Under the pieces are notes generated by a model. The model was not told the origin of the DNA, made no database searches, and saw only the letters and a list, made by a program, of their open reading frames with translations. A DNA stretch of 64,000 nt from the NCBI GenBank assembly GCA_963555825.3, contig CAUVXB020000002.1, forward strand, positions 3,168,001 through 3,232,000. Direction: 5' to 3'. The number at the start of each line of letters is the position of its first letter. Position 1 is the stretch's first letter. Of this stretch, positions 19,949 through 29,911 are shown piece after piece. A program made the translations under genes and the position numbers. The stretch comes from Alphaproteobacteria bacterium. GTDB taxonomy: Bacteria > Pseudomonadota > Alphaproteobacteria > JAAXGF01.

Positions 19949-20887
19949 ATGCCCCTGACCCCCGAACAGCAAGCCGAAATCGACGCCGCGCGCGCCGAAA
20001 CCAATACCACGCGCCGCGTCGTCGCGCCGGCGCTCGAAGAGATTCTCTACCAGCCGATCCCGGTGCTCGACCACGGCTTCGTCCGCGTCGTCGACTATAT
20101 GGGTGACGATGCCGCGGTGGTGCAGGCGGCGCGCGTCTCCTATGGCAAGGGCACCAAGCAGGTCTCGACCGACCGCGGCCTGATCCGCTATCTGCTGCGC
20201 CACCGGCACACCACGCCGTTCGAGATGTGCGAGATCAAGTACCACGTCAAGCTGCCGATCTTCGTCGCGCGCCAGTGGATCCGCCACCGCACCGCCAACG
20301 TCAACGAGTACTCGGCGCGCTACTCGATCCTCGACAACGAGTTCTACGTGCCGGCGGTCGAACAGCTGGCCAGCCAGTCGGCGGCCAACCGCCAGGGCCG
20401 CGGCGACGTGCTCGAGGGCGAAGAGGCCGCGCGGGTGCTCGATATCTTGAAGTCCGACGCGGCCGAGGCCTACGCGCACTACATCGAGATGCTCAACGAG
20501 GACGAGGCCGGCACGGTGCAGGATCCGGCGCGCACCGGGCTCGCCCGCGAGCTGGCGCGCGCCAACCTCAACCTCGGCTTCTATACCCAGTGGTACTGGA
20601 AGATCGACCTGTTCAACCTGATGCACTTCCTCAGCCTGCGCGCCGACGACCACGCGCAGTACGAGATCAGGGTCTACGCCGAGGCCATGATCGAAACGCT
20701 GGCGCGCTGGGTGCCGCTGGTCCACGAGGCGTTCATGGACTACCGCGTCGGCGGCGTCGAGATGTCGGCCGCCGGGCTCGTGGTGGTCAAGCGGCTGATC
20801 GCCGGCGAGGACGTCGCGCAGAAGGATTCAGGGCTTCCGCCGCGCGAGTGGCGCGAGCTGATGGCGATCCTGGGGCGGGAAGCGTAG
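19949..20887 (+). CDS. thyX: FAD-dependent thymidylate synthase
   Basis: [36 protein letters not shown] and [12 protein letters not shown]. Confidence 0.96.
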   Translation: MPLTPEQQAEIDAARAETNTTRRVVAPALEEILYQPIPVLDHGFVRVVDYMGDDAAVVQAARVSYGKGTKQVSTDRGLIRYLLRHRHTTPFEMCEIKYHVKLPIFVARQWIRHRTANVNEYSARYSILDNEFYVPAVEQLASQSAANRQGRGDVLEGEEAARVLDILKSDAAEAYAHYIEMLNEDEAGTVQDPARTGLARELARANLNLGFYTQWYWKIDLFNLMHFLSLRADDHAQYEIRVYAEAMIETLARWVPLVHEAFMDYRVGGVEMSAAGLVVVKRLIAGEDVAQKDSGLPPREWRELMAILGREA

Positions 20888-21049
20888 TTGTTTTGCGCGG
20901 TCAGCCTTTTGTGCGGTCACCTTCGGTGACCTGCGCTCAATCGCCGCGCTTGCTTTCGCCGCAGGGGCGGCGGCCCCCCTCTTGTCCCAATAAGACTGGC
21001 GCAGGCTGGTAGTCCGAACGAATCCAGCCGCCGTCGCGTTGCGACGGGT

Positions 21050-22195
21050 CTATTGGATGACGATGCGGGGCGCGGCGCGGCCGCCGGCGCCGAGCGCCGC
21101 GTCGACCTTCTCGGCGATGCGCGCGGCGATTACGCGGTACGTCTTGGCCAGGGCGCTGTCGGGGTCGGTGACGACGATCGGCCGGCCGGCGTCCGACGTC
21201 TCGCGGATCGCGATGTCGAGCGGCAGTTCGCCGAGAAATTCGGTGCCGAGCCGCTCGGCCTCGGCGCGCGCGCCGCCGTGGCTGAAGATCTCGGCGCGAT
21301 CGCCGCATTTGGGGCAGATGTAATAGCTCATGTTCTCAATGATGCCGAACACCGGCACCTCGACCTTGCGGAACATATTGAGCCCCTTGCGCGCGTCGAG
21401 GAGCGCGATGTCCTGCGGCGTCGAGACGATCACGGCGCCGGTCAGCGGCACGCGCTGGGCCAGCGTCAGTTGGGCGTCACCGGTGCCCGGCGGCAGGTCG
21501 ACGACGAGCACGTCCAACTCGCCCCATTCGACGTCGCGCAGCATCTGCTCGATGGCGCTCATCACCATCGGGCCGCGCCAGATCATCGGCGTGTCTTCCT
21601 CGACCAGGAAGCCCATCGACATGCATTTTACGCCGTAGTTCTCCATCGGGTGCAGGCGGCGGCCGTCGGGCGAGTTGGGCCGGCCGGAGATGCCCAGCAT
21701 GCGCGGCATCGACGGGCCGTAGATGTCGGAATCGAGGATACCGACGCTCTTGCCCGAAGCGGCCAGCGCCAGCGCGAGGTTGACCGTGGTCGTCGACTTG
21801 CCGACGCCGCCCTTGCCCGAGGCGACGGCGACGATCGCGTCGATGCCCGGGATCAGCGGCTTCTCGTCGCCCGCACCGCCGGCCGGCGGCGCCGCGCGCG
21901 GCTGTGGTGGCTGTGGCGGCGCCTGGGGCGCTGGCTCGGGCGCGTCCTGGTGCGCGGTCAGGACGGCGGTCACCGAAGTGACGCCGGGCAGCACCGACAC
22001 GGCTTGTTCGCAGGCCTTGCGCAAGGGCTCCATGTGCTCGCCCTCCTTGGCATCGACCTCGATCGCGAAACCGACGTTGCTGCCCTTGACGACGAGGCCC
22101 GAGACCATGCCGAGGCTGACCACGTCGGCGCCGCGATTGGTGTCGACGATGCGTTTCAGGGCGTCGAGAACTTGTACTTCGGTCACCGCCGACAT
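21050..22195 (-). CDS. apbC: Mrp/ApbC/NBP35 Fe-S cluster carrier ATPase
   Basis: VASGKGGVGKST, DIYGPSMP, WRGPM, DLPPGTGD and ENMSYYICPKC. Confidence 0.95.
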   Translation of the reverse strand: MSAVTEVQVLDALKRIVDTNRGADVVSLGMVSGLVVKGSNVGFAIEVDAKEGEHMEPLRKACEQAVSVLPGVTSVTAVLTAHQDAPEPAPQAPPQPPQPRAAPPAGGAGDEKPLIPGIDAIVAVASGKGGVGKSTTTVNLALALAASGKSVGILDSDIYGPSMPRMLGISGRPNSPDGRRLHPMENYGVKCMSMGFLVEEDTPMIWRGPMVMSAIEQMLRDVEWGELDVLVVDLPPGTGDAQLTLAQRVPLTGAVIVSTPQDIALLDARKGLNMFRKVEVPVFGIIENMSYYICPKCGDRAEIFSHGGARAEAERLGTEFLGELPLDIAIRETSDAGRPIVVTDPDSALAKTYRVIAARIAEKVDAALGAGGRAAPRIVIQ

Positions 22196-22390
22196 ATTTG
22201 TTACTCCATCACTCGGGTATCGGGCGCGCGAGTGTAGACAATTTGTTGCCCCCCGGCGAGCGTCGCGCGCGGCCCGGTCCGGCTGGGGTGGGGCCATGAT
22301 ACGTTGCGCGCCGTGGCCAGCTGTCATATAAGGCGGGGACATACGTCAACAAGCCCATGATCATGAAATCAGAACGATCGGAGCCGGTAG

Positions 22391-23476
22391 ATGCCGTGGA
22401 GTAATCAAGGCGGTGGTGGCGGCGGCCAGGGTCCCTGGGGCGGCGGCCCACAGGGCCCGCGACCGCCCGACCTCGAGGAGCTGCTGCGCAAGGGCCAGGA
22501 CCGGGTCCGCAGGCTGATTCCCGGCGGCGTCGGCGGCGCGCGCGGGATTCTGGTCATCATCGTCGTCGTGCTGCTAGGCTGGCTCGCCACCGGGTTCTAC
22601 CGGGTGCAGCCCGAGGAGCAAGGCGTTGCATTGATCTTCGGCGAATGGGTCGGCACCACCCAGCCGGGCCTCAATTACAACCTGCCGGCGCCGATCGGCG
22701 AAATTTTCAGGCCCAAGGTGACGCGGGTGAACCGCACCGAGGTAGGCTTTACCTCGGGCGGCGAGCAGCGCCAGACCGACATGGTGCGCAGCGTGCCCCG
22801 GGAAAGCCTGATGCTGACCGGCGACGAGAACATCATCGACGTCAACTTCGTCACCTTTTGGCGGATCAAGGACGCCGGGCTGTACCTGTTCAACCTCCGC
22901 AACCCCGACCGAACGGTGAAGGACGCCTCGGAGAGCGCGCTGCGCGAGATCATCGGCAAGTCCGGGTTCGAGTTCGCGCGCACCCAGGGGCGCGTCCGCA
23001 TCGAGGGCGAGGCGCAGGAGCTGGTCCAGCGCATCCTCGACCAATACGGCTCCGGCATCGACGTGACCGACGTGCAGCTCCAGAAGATCGACCCGCCGGG
23101 CATCGTGCTCGACTCCTTCCGCGACGTCCAGGCGGCGCGCGCCGACAAGGAGCGCAAGGTCAACGAGGCGACGGCCTACCTGAACGAGGTGGTGGCGCGC
23201 GCCGAGGGCGAGGCCGAGAAGATCGTCAACGAGGCCGAGGGCTACAAGGAGCAGAAGATCGCCATCGCCACCGGCGAGTCGCAGCGCTTCCTGTCGGTCT
23301 ACGCGGAGTACCTGCAGCAGAAGGACGTCACCAGGCGGCGCATCTACCTGGAGACCATGAAGGTCATCATGCGCGACATGGACAAGGTGCTGATCGACAA
23401 CCAAATGGGCGGCTCGGGCGTCGTGCCCTACCTGCCGCTCGACCAATTAACGCGCTCGCGCCCGTCCGGCGGCTGA
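22391..23476 (+). CDS. hflK: FtsH modulator HflK
   Basis: MPWSNQGG..GPWG..PPDLEELLR and MLTGDENIIDV, SPFH domain. Confidence 0.95.
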   Translation: MPWSNQGGGGGGQGPWGGGPQGPRPPDLEELLRKGQDRVRRLIPGGVGGARGILVIIVVVLLGWLATGFYRVQPEEQGVALIFGEWVGTTQPGLNYNLPAPIGEIFRPKVTRVNRTEVGFTSGGEQRQTDMVRSVPRESLMLTGDENIIDVNFVTFWRIKDAGLYLFNLRNPDRTVKDASESALREIIGKSGFEFARTQGRVRIEGEAQELVQRILDQYGSGIDVTDVQLQKIDPPGIVLDSFRDVQAARADKERKVNEATAYLNEVVARAEGEAEKIVNEAEGYKEQKIAIATGESQRFLSVYAEYLQQKDVTRRRIYLETMKVIMRDMDKVLIDNQMGGSGVVPYLPLDQLTRSRPSGG

Positions 23477-23492
23477 GCGGAGAGGATCGATC

Positions 23493-24380
23493 ATGCGCCC
23501 AACCCATCTCGCGATCATCATCGCGCTGGTCGTCGCCGGTTTCGCGGCGATGTCGTCGATGTTCACCGTGCATCAGGCGAAACAGGCCCTGGTGCTGCAG
23601 TTCGGCAACGTCAAGCGGCTGGTCAACGAGCCCGGCCTGCACTTCAAGATACCGATGGTGCAGGACGTCGTCTATTTCGACAAGCGCGTGCTCGACTTCG
23701 ACGCGCGCGCCGAAGAGGTGCCGACGCTCGACCAGAAACAGCTCGTCGTCGACTCCTTCGCGCGCTACCGCATCGTCGATCCGCTCAAGTTCTTCCAGAC
23801 CGTCAACAACGAGCTCGGCATGGAAGTGCGGCTCGGCAACGTCATCAACGCGAACCTGCGCGCGACCTTCGGCGAGGTCGGGCTGGCGACGCTGCTGACG
23901 CCCGAGCGCGCCCGCCTGATGCAGATCATCGCCGACCTGGTCAAGGCGCAGAGCGTCGAGTTCGGCATCGACGTCATCGACGTGCGCATCAAGCGCATCG
24001 ACCTGCCCGACGAGAACAGTCAGGCGATTTTCCGCCGCATGCAGACCCAGCGCGAGCAGGAAGCGCGCAAGATCCGCGCCGAGGGCGAGAAGGAATCCAA
24101 GCGCATCCGCGCCGAGGCCGACAAGGCGGTCACGATCATCGAGGCGCATGCCGAGCGCACCGGCCAGATCCTTCGCGGCGAGGGCGAGGCCGAGGCGCAG
24201 GCGACCTACAACGACGCCTACGGCCGCGACCAGGAGTTCTTCGACTTCTGGGTCTCGATGAACGCCATGCGCGAGGGCCTGATCGGCGAATCGACACGTT
24301 ACGTCGGCCCGCCGGAGGGCGACTTCTTCCGCTTCTTCGGCGACGTCGCCGGCGGCGCGGACGCGCTCACCAACGAATAG
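23493..24380 (+). CDS. hflC: FtsH modulator HflC
   Basis: QALVLQFG, PGLHFKIP and DVRIKRIDLP. Follows hflK. Confidence 0.95.
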   Translation: MRPTHLAIIIALVVAGFAAMSSMFTVHQAKQALVLQFGNVKRLVNEPGLHFKIPMVQDVVYFDKRVLDFDARAEEVPTLDQKQLVVDSFARYRIVDPLKFFQTVNNELGMEVRLGNVINANLRATFGEVGLATLLTPERARLMQIIADLVKAQSVEFGIDVIDVRIKRIDLPDENSQAIFRRMQTQREQEARKIRAEGEKESKRIRAEADKAVTIIEAHAERTGQILRGEGEAEAQATYNDAYGRDQEFFDFWVSMNAMREGLIGESTRYVGPPEGDFFRFFGDVAGGADALTNE

Positions 24381-24437
24381 CGCCGGCGCCGCGCCCCAAG
24401 CTGCCGACCGGAGGTTACGTAAAAGGCTTATATAAAA

Positions 24438-24661
24438 GGTGTCAGACACCATTTCTATGAAGTCTAGCCAGTTACTTAGCATGGTGTCAGACACTTTTGA
24501 TGGCGGATTGTGGTGGCCGATTCCATGACATCGATCGGGGGCCCGGTCCGCGAGTCGTTATTACAGGTGTCCGACACCTTTAAATAGTATTTCAATCAAA
24601 TGATAAATATGGTGTCTGACCCCGTTTATTCTGTCAATAACTTAGGGCGGTGTCAGACACC
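24438..24661. repeat. Array of five 13-bp palindromes GGTGTCNGACACC with AT-rich spacers containing IHF-like sites
   Basis: Copies start at 24438, 24483, 24566, 24611 and 24649. WATCAANNNNTTR-like sites at 24466-24478, 24594-24606 and 24632-24644 each end 4 bp before the next palindrome. Confidence 0.85.
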
Positions 24662-24711
24662 GTTTCTAGGGGCCGTTGCGGTGAAACCGTTCGGCGGGGA
24701 CGCGGCGCGCC

Positions 24712-24813
24712 TTACAATGCCGGGTTCTTGCCCTCGGCGTGCACCGCCTCGATGGCGGCGAGGCAGATGTCGGAAACGAACAGGCCACTGCGGCCCAGGC
24801 GACGGTATCGCAT
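24712..24813 (-). pseudogene. Internally deleted aldo/keto reductase remnant (33 aa)
   Basis: MRYRRLGRSGLFVSDICL (AKR N-terminus) is joined in frame to LAAIEAVHAEGKNPAL* (Tas-like AKR C-terminus). Confidence 0.75.
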
Positions 24814-24933
24814 ATCGAGGCGGCGCCGAATTTGGACAAAACGGCGTGCAGTATATCGAGCGGTGCTTGACGCCGCGGCAACCGAGGATGAATTATGCGC
24901 GCCCCGGGGCATTGCGAGGGGCGCGCCCGTCCG

Positions 24934-26109
24934 ATGAGTTATTCCGTCAACCCGCTGCTCGGCGCCGTCGCCGCGCCGCCGATCGCCGAGGCCCAGGGCT
25001 GGGTCGAAGGCCGAACCTTCCCGGCCGACAAGCCCTTGCTCGACGTCGCGCAAGCCCTGCCCGGCTACCCGCCCGACGCGGCGCTCACGGCGCATCTGGC
25101 CGAGGTCGTCGGGCGGCCCGAGACGGCGCGCTATACCGAAATCGAGGGCACTCCGGCGTTGCGCGCCGCGCTGGCCGGCCAGACCAGCGCCATCTACGCG
25201 GCGTCGATCGAGCCGGCCCAGGTCTGCATCACGGCGGGCTGCAACCAGGCTTTCTGCCTGGCCACGATGGCGCTCGCCGGCGCCGGTGACGAAGTCATTC
25301 TGCCGGCGCCCTATTACTTCAATCACCAGATGTGGCTCGACATGCTCGGCATCACGGCCGTGCATCTGCCGTTCAACGCCGAGGGCGGCGGCGTGCCCGA
25401 CGCGGCCGACGCCGCGGCGCTGATCGGGCGTAAGACGCGCGCCATCGTGCTGGTGACGCCAAACAACCCGACCGGCGCGGTCTATCCGCCCGCCGCGCTC
25501 GACGCGTTCTTCGAGCTGGCGCGGTCGCGCGGCGTCGCGCTGGTGGTCGACGAGACCTACCGCGATTTCCTGACCGAGGCTGTGCCGCCGCACGGCTTGT
25601 TCGGGCGCGACGGCTGGGACGAGACGCTGGTGCATCTCTACAGCTTCTCGAAGGTCTACAGTTTGACCGGCTATCGTGTCGGCGCGGTGATCTCGGGCGC
25701 GCGGCTGATCGGCGAGATCGCCAAGGCGATGGACTGCGTCTCGATCTGCGCGCCGCGCATCGCCCAGGACGCCGCGCTGTTCGGTATCGAGAACCTGGCC
25801 GATTGGCGCGCCGAGAAGCGCGCGCTGATGGACGCCCGCGCCGAGGCGCTGCGCCGCGCCTTCTCGCGCAACGACCTGGCCTACGAGCTGATCAGCGCCG
25901 GCGCCTTCTTCGCTTATCTGCGCCACCCCTTCGAGGGCGTCCCGGGCGCCGTTATCGCCCGCCGGCTGGCCGACGAGCAGAATGTCCTCAGTCTGCCCGG
26001 CGCCATGTTCGGGCCCGGCCAGGACGAATTCCTGCGTTTCGCCTTCGCCAACCTCGATGCCGAATGGATGCCCGAACTGGCGCGCCGCCTGGTCGCCAGC
26101 CAGCCATGA
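24934..26109 (+). CDS. Class I/II PLP-dependent aminotransferase
   Basis: ITAGCNQAF, LVTPNNPTG, VVDETYRDF and YSFSKVYSLTGYRVG. Confidence 0.92.
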   Translation: MSYSVNPLLGAVAAPPIAEAQGWVEGRTFPADKPLLDVAQALPGYPPDAALTAHLAEVVGRPETARYTEIEGTPALRAALAGQTSAIYAASIEPAQVCITAGCNQAFCLATMALAGAGDEVILPAPYYFNHQMWLDMLGITAVHLPFNAEGGGVPDAADAAALIGRKTRAIVLVTPNNPTGAVYPPAALDAFFELARSRGVALVVDETYRDFLTEAVPPHGLFGRDGWDETLVHLYSFSKVYSLTGYRVGAVISGARLIGEIAKAMDCVSICAPRIAQDAALFGIENLADWRAEKRALMDARAEALRRAFSRNDLAYELISAGAFFAYLRHPFEGVPGAVIARRLADEQNVLSLPGAMFGPGQDEFLRFAFANLDAEWMPELARRLVASQP

Positions 26110-26146
26110 AGTTAGCCCGGCGCGCGCCCAACCATCGCGAGGAGCC

Positions 26147-26332
26147 ATGCTCGATTTCCTAAGCGCACTCTGTCTGGTCTTCGTCATCGAGGGCGCGCTC
26201 TATGCGCTGTTCCCCGACGGCATGAAACGCATGATCGAGCAGGCGCTCGAACTGCCCGCGTCGTGGCTGCGCTCGGCGGGCCTCGCCTCGACCTGCCTCG
26301 GCGTCGTCGCGCTCTGGCTGATCCGCGGATGA
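26147..26332 (+). CDS. DUF2065 (YjeT-like) small membrane protein
   Basis: ALCLVFVIEGALYALFP..MKRM...LRSAGL. SD GAGGAG. Confidence 0.88.
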   Translation: MLDFLSALCLVFVIEGALYALFPDGMKRMIEQALELPASWLRSAGLASTCLGVVALWLIRG

Positions 26333-26976
26333 ACGCGCGTTACCGCGCCGTCCTGTGGGATATCGACGGCGTACTGATCGATAGCGAGCCGCTGCATTTC
26401 GACAACATCGTCGGCGCCTGCGCGCGCTACGGCTACGCCTTCTCCGACGACGATTGCCGTCGTTCCCTGGGCGTCAGCTTCCGCGAGATGTGGCGCATGA
26501 TCCCTGGCCTGCCAGCGATGGGGGTCGCGTTCGACGACCTGCTGGCCGAATTGATCGACGACTACGTCGAGCGCGTGCGCCCCGACATGGCGCGCGCGCC
26601 GGCGCCCGAGTTGATCGCCGCGTTGGCCGGCCGCGGCGTGCCGATGGCCGCCGCCTCGTCGTCGCCGCGGCGCATCGTCGACGCCAACATCGCCGCAATC
26701 GGCGCCGGCGCCCATCTGGCGGCCTGGCTGGCGCGCGAGGATGCGCGCGAGGGCAAGCCGGCGCCCGACCTCTATCTCGAGGCGGCCCGGCGCATCGGCT
26801 GCGCGCCGACCGACTGCCTGGTCGTCGAGGACACGCCGACCGGCGTCGCCGCCGGCAAGGCCGCCGGCATGACGGTGATCGCCTGGCCCCACGCGATGAC
26901 CGCGTCGATGGATTTCTCCCAAGCCGATTGCGTCGTCGACGACCTCGCGGCCTTCGACTGGTCGGCGGTGGGTTAG
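26329..26976 (+). CDS. HAD-family phosphatase
   Basis: DIDGVLIDSE, KPAPDLY and VVEDTPTGV. ATGA overlap with the upstream gene. Confidence 0.92.
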   Translation: MNARYRAVLWDIDGVLIDSEPLHFDNIVGACARYGYAFSDDDCRRSLGVSFREMWRMIPGLPAMGVAFDDLLAELIDDYVERVRPDMARAPAPELIAALAGRGVPMAAASSSPRRIVDANIAAIGAGAHLAAWLAREDAREGKPAPDLYLEAARRIGCAPTDCLVVEDTPTGVAAGKAAGMTVIAWPHAMTASMDFSQADCVVDDLAAFDWSAVG

Positions 26977-26994
26977 GGAGTGGCGCGAGGCGAC

Positions 26995-27759
26995 ATGAAC
27001 CCGATCATCGCGCTGTGGTGCCATCCGCGTTCCATGTCGACGGTCATCGAGCGCGTCATGCGCGAGCGCGGCGACTGCGCGTGTTTCCACGAGCCGTTCC
27101 TCCACCACTACTACATCGACCGCGCGGTACGCGAACTGCCGCATTACGACATCGATCCCGAGACCCCGACGACCTACGCCGATATCCGCGACATGCTACT
27201 CGCCGCCGCCGACGATGGCGCGGTCTTCATCAAGGACATGAGCTTTTACATCGTGCCGACGCTGTTCGACGACCCGGCGTTCGCCGGGCGCATCACCCAC
27301 AGCTTCCTGATCCGGAACCCGGTCAGTGCGATCGTGTCCCACCACAAGCTCGATCCGGGCGTGACACGCGACGAGATCGGTCTCGAGGCCCTGTGGCGCC
27401 ACGTCGCCTGGCTCATCGAAACGACCGGCGAGACGCCCATCGTGGTCGAGGCCGAGAGCGTCCAGCGCGACCCGCAAGCCATGATCGGTGCCTATTGGCG
27501 GCGCGTCGGCCTGACGCCCGTCGCGGATGCCTTCGAATGGTCGTCGGATGACGTTCCCGACGACTGGCAGCAGGTCGCCGGCTGGCACGAGACGGTCGCG
27601 ACGAGCGGCGCCATTCGCAACTATTCGGCCGAGGACACGGCGGTGCGCCGGGCCGAGTTCGAGGCCGCCGCAGCCGCCGCGCCGCAGCTCAACGCCTATC
27701 TCGCCCATCACCTGCCGTTCTACGAGAAGCTGCGCGAGTTGGCACTGCGACCCGATTGA
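26995..27759 (+). CDS. Sulfotransferase-like P-loop protein
   Basis: IALWCHPRSMST, CFHEPF, FIKDM and HSFLIRNP. Confidence 0.8.
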   Translation: MNPIIALWCHPRSMSTVIERVMRERGDCACFHEPFLHHYYIDRAVRELPHYDIDPETPTTYADIRDMLLAAADDGAVFIKDMSFYIVPTLFDDPAFAGRITHSFLIRNPVSAIVSHHKLDPGVTRDEIGLEALWRHVAWLIETTGETPIVVEAESVQRDPQAMIGAYWRRVGLTPVADAFEWSSDDVPDDWQQVAGWHETVATSGAIRNYSAEDTAVRRAEFEAAAAAAPQLNAYLAHHLPFYEKLRELALRPD

Positions 27760-27911
27760 CCGGGCCCACGCCGTCGGCGCGTGACCGGGCCGCGAATTTC
27801 GCACGGTGACCGCGTCGGACACCGTGCTAGCATTTCCCGAGACCGGCCCGGATCGATGACCGATGTTGGGGGCGCCGCCTGAACCGGCTTCGATGTCCAA
27901 GGAGGCGCACC

Positions 27912-29340
27912 ATGTCCGACAACGAGCTCTGTTATCTGCCGGCGACCGAGGCGATCACGCGCTTCAAGGCGCGCACGCTGTCGCCGGTCGAGCTGATGGC
28001 CGCGGTGATCGACCGCGCCGAGGCGGTCAATCCGACGATCAACGCCTTCACCTACACGTTCTTCGACCGCGCGCTCGACCAGGCGAAGGCCGCCGAGGCG
28101 CGCTACGCCAAGACCGACGGGCGGACGCGCGCGCTCGAAGGCATCCCGATGGTCAATCAAGGACGAGACCGCGATCAAGGGCGAGCGCACGACCTCGGGC
28201 TCGCTGATCATGAAGGACAACATCGACGAGGCGGACGCGCGCATCGTCGAGCGCATCAAGCGCGCCGGCGCGATCATCCACGGCCGCTCGACCGCGCCCG
28301 AGTTTGGCTGCGCGGCGGTGACGCACTCGAAGCTCTGGGGCGTGACGCGCAACCCGTGGAACCCCGACTTCACACCCGGCGGCTCGTCGGGCGGCGCGGC
28401 GGCCCAGCTCGCCGCCGGCACGACGACGCTCGCCAACGGCTCCGACATCGGCGGCTCGATCCGCATTCCGGCGTCGTGTTGCGGCGTCGTCGGCTTCAAG
28501 CCGCCCTACGGCCGGGTGCCCGAGGACGCCGGTTTCAACCTCGATTTCTACTGCCACGAGGGCCCGCTGGCGCGCAGCGTCGCCGACTGCGCATTGTTCG
28601 AGAACGTCATCGCCGGCCCGCACCCCAGGGACATCGCGACACTGCGGCCGAAACTCAACATCCCGGCCCAGCTCAAAGGCATCGAGGGCTGGAAAATCGC
28701 CTATTCGATCGACCTCGGCTATTGCGAGGTCGACCCGGACGTGCGGCGCAACACCGAGGCCGCGCTCGACGTCTTCCGCGACCTCGGCTGCACCGTCGAG
28801 GCGGTCGACCTCGGCTGGTCGTGGCAGGTTCTCAGCGTCGCGATGACACACTTGGGACACCTGTTCGGCAACTCGATGGTCAAGTATCTGGCGCGCCATC
28901 GCTACGACATGACCAACTATGCCCGCGCCTTCGCCGAGTTCGCCCGCACCACGACCGCCGAGGCGTTCTTCGACGCCATGGTCTTCGCCGACGAGATGTA
29001 CGCGACGCTTGGGCCCGTGCTCGAGCGCTACAATGTCCTGGTCTGCCCGACGACGGCGCTAGCCGCGGTGCCGGCCGACCACGATTCGACCCGAGAGCCG
29101 GTCGAGATCAACGGCCTCGAGGTCGAACCGATGCTCGGCTGGGTGATGACCTATCCGTTCAACGTGATGAGCCGTTACCCGGTGATCAGCGTGCCCTCGG
29201 GCCATGCCGCCAACGGCGTGCCGACCGGCCTGCAAATCGTCGGCCGCACCTACGACGACGTCAGCGTGTTCCGCGCCGCCGCCGCCTTCGAGCGCGCCAA
29301 GCCCTGGCTCGACACGCCCGAGCGGCGACCGACGCTGTAG
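27912..29340 (+). pseudogene. Amidase-signature family enzyme with +1 frameshift at ~28155
   Basis: The N-terminus reads to LEGIPMV. Removing one A from GTCAATCAAG restores VIKDET and joins the frame carrying GGSSGG and GSDIGGSIRIPAS. Confidence 0.85.
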
Positions 29341-29449
29341 CCGACCATCCCGTCGGCCGGATGCCGGCGTGACTGCATGGCCGCAAGCCAGCGGCCACTG
29401 ATAGCGAATCTGGTCCCGCTGGATGACCAGTCGCCTCCGCCTGCTGGCT

Positions 29450-29776
29450 CTACACCGCTACTATCTGAAATGCCGCTTGGATCAGTCCGATTACGACCAT
29501 TACTCTGGCCAGAACCGCCCAGATTTCTGATCCTTTGTAATTTCCGGCACTTCGCCATATCGCGACGGATACGAACACCGTGTACGCGAGTACAAAAATG
29601 GCATAGGCCGTCATGCCAAATACAAATGACGCTGACGGCTCTACGTCGGGGGAGTTCGAGATTGCCGGGACAATGAGATAACTGGGTATTTCCAGCAGGC
29701 TGTAGAAGAGAACCCCAAACACCCAATAGGTGCGTACCAAGGGAATTTCGCCACGCCACAGCAAATTGAAAAACAT
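29450..29776 (-). CDS. Small low-GC membrane protein
   Basis: LWRGEIPLVRTYW...VAIWRSA..Y and three hydrophobic segments. GC is visibly lower than the flanks. Confidence 0.7.
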   Translation of the reverse strand: MFFNLLWRGEIPLVRTYWVFGVLFYSLLEIPSYLIVPAISNSPDVEPSASFVFGMTAYAIFVLAYTVFVSVAIWRSAGNYKGSEIWAVLARVMVVIGLIQAAFQIVAV

Positions 29777-29911
29777 TATTTTAGGTTCCTGTATCGTATT
29801 CGGTGTCGGTTTTCAGTCGCCCGGTTGTCCGGACTTCGGGCGCCATGCACTTTCAGTTTTGACCTGCCGGAAGCATGGCGCGGACGCCGGCGTGCCTTCG
29901 CCGATAACTTA

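Noticed and set aside
19949-20887. thyX as an unusual or phage-derived gene
   Set aside because: It has host-like codon usage and a housekeeping context, and ThyX is known in many Alphaproteobacteria.
20888-21049. Hairpin GGTCACC-TTC-GGTGACC between convergent thyX and apbC as a novel ncRNA
   Set aside because: It is compatible with an ordinary terminator-like structure, and there is no further support.
24438-24661. CRISPR array
   Set aside because: Repeats are only 13 bp, intervals are irregular (45/83/45/38), spacers share a motif, and no cas genes are present in the window.
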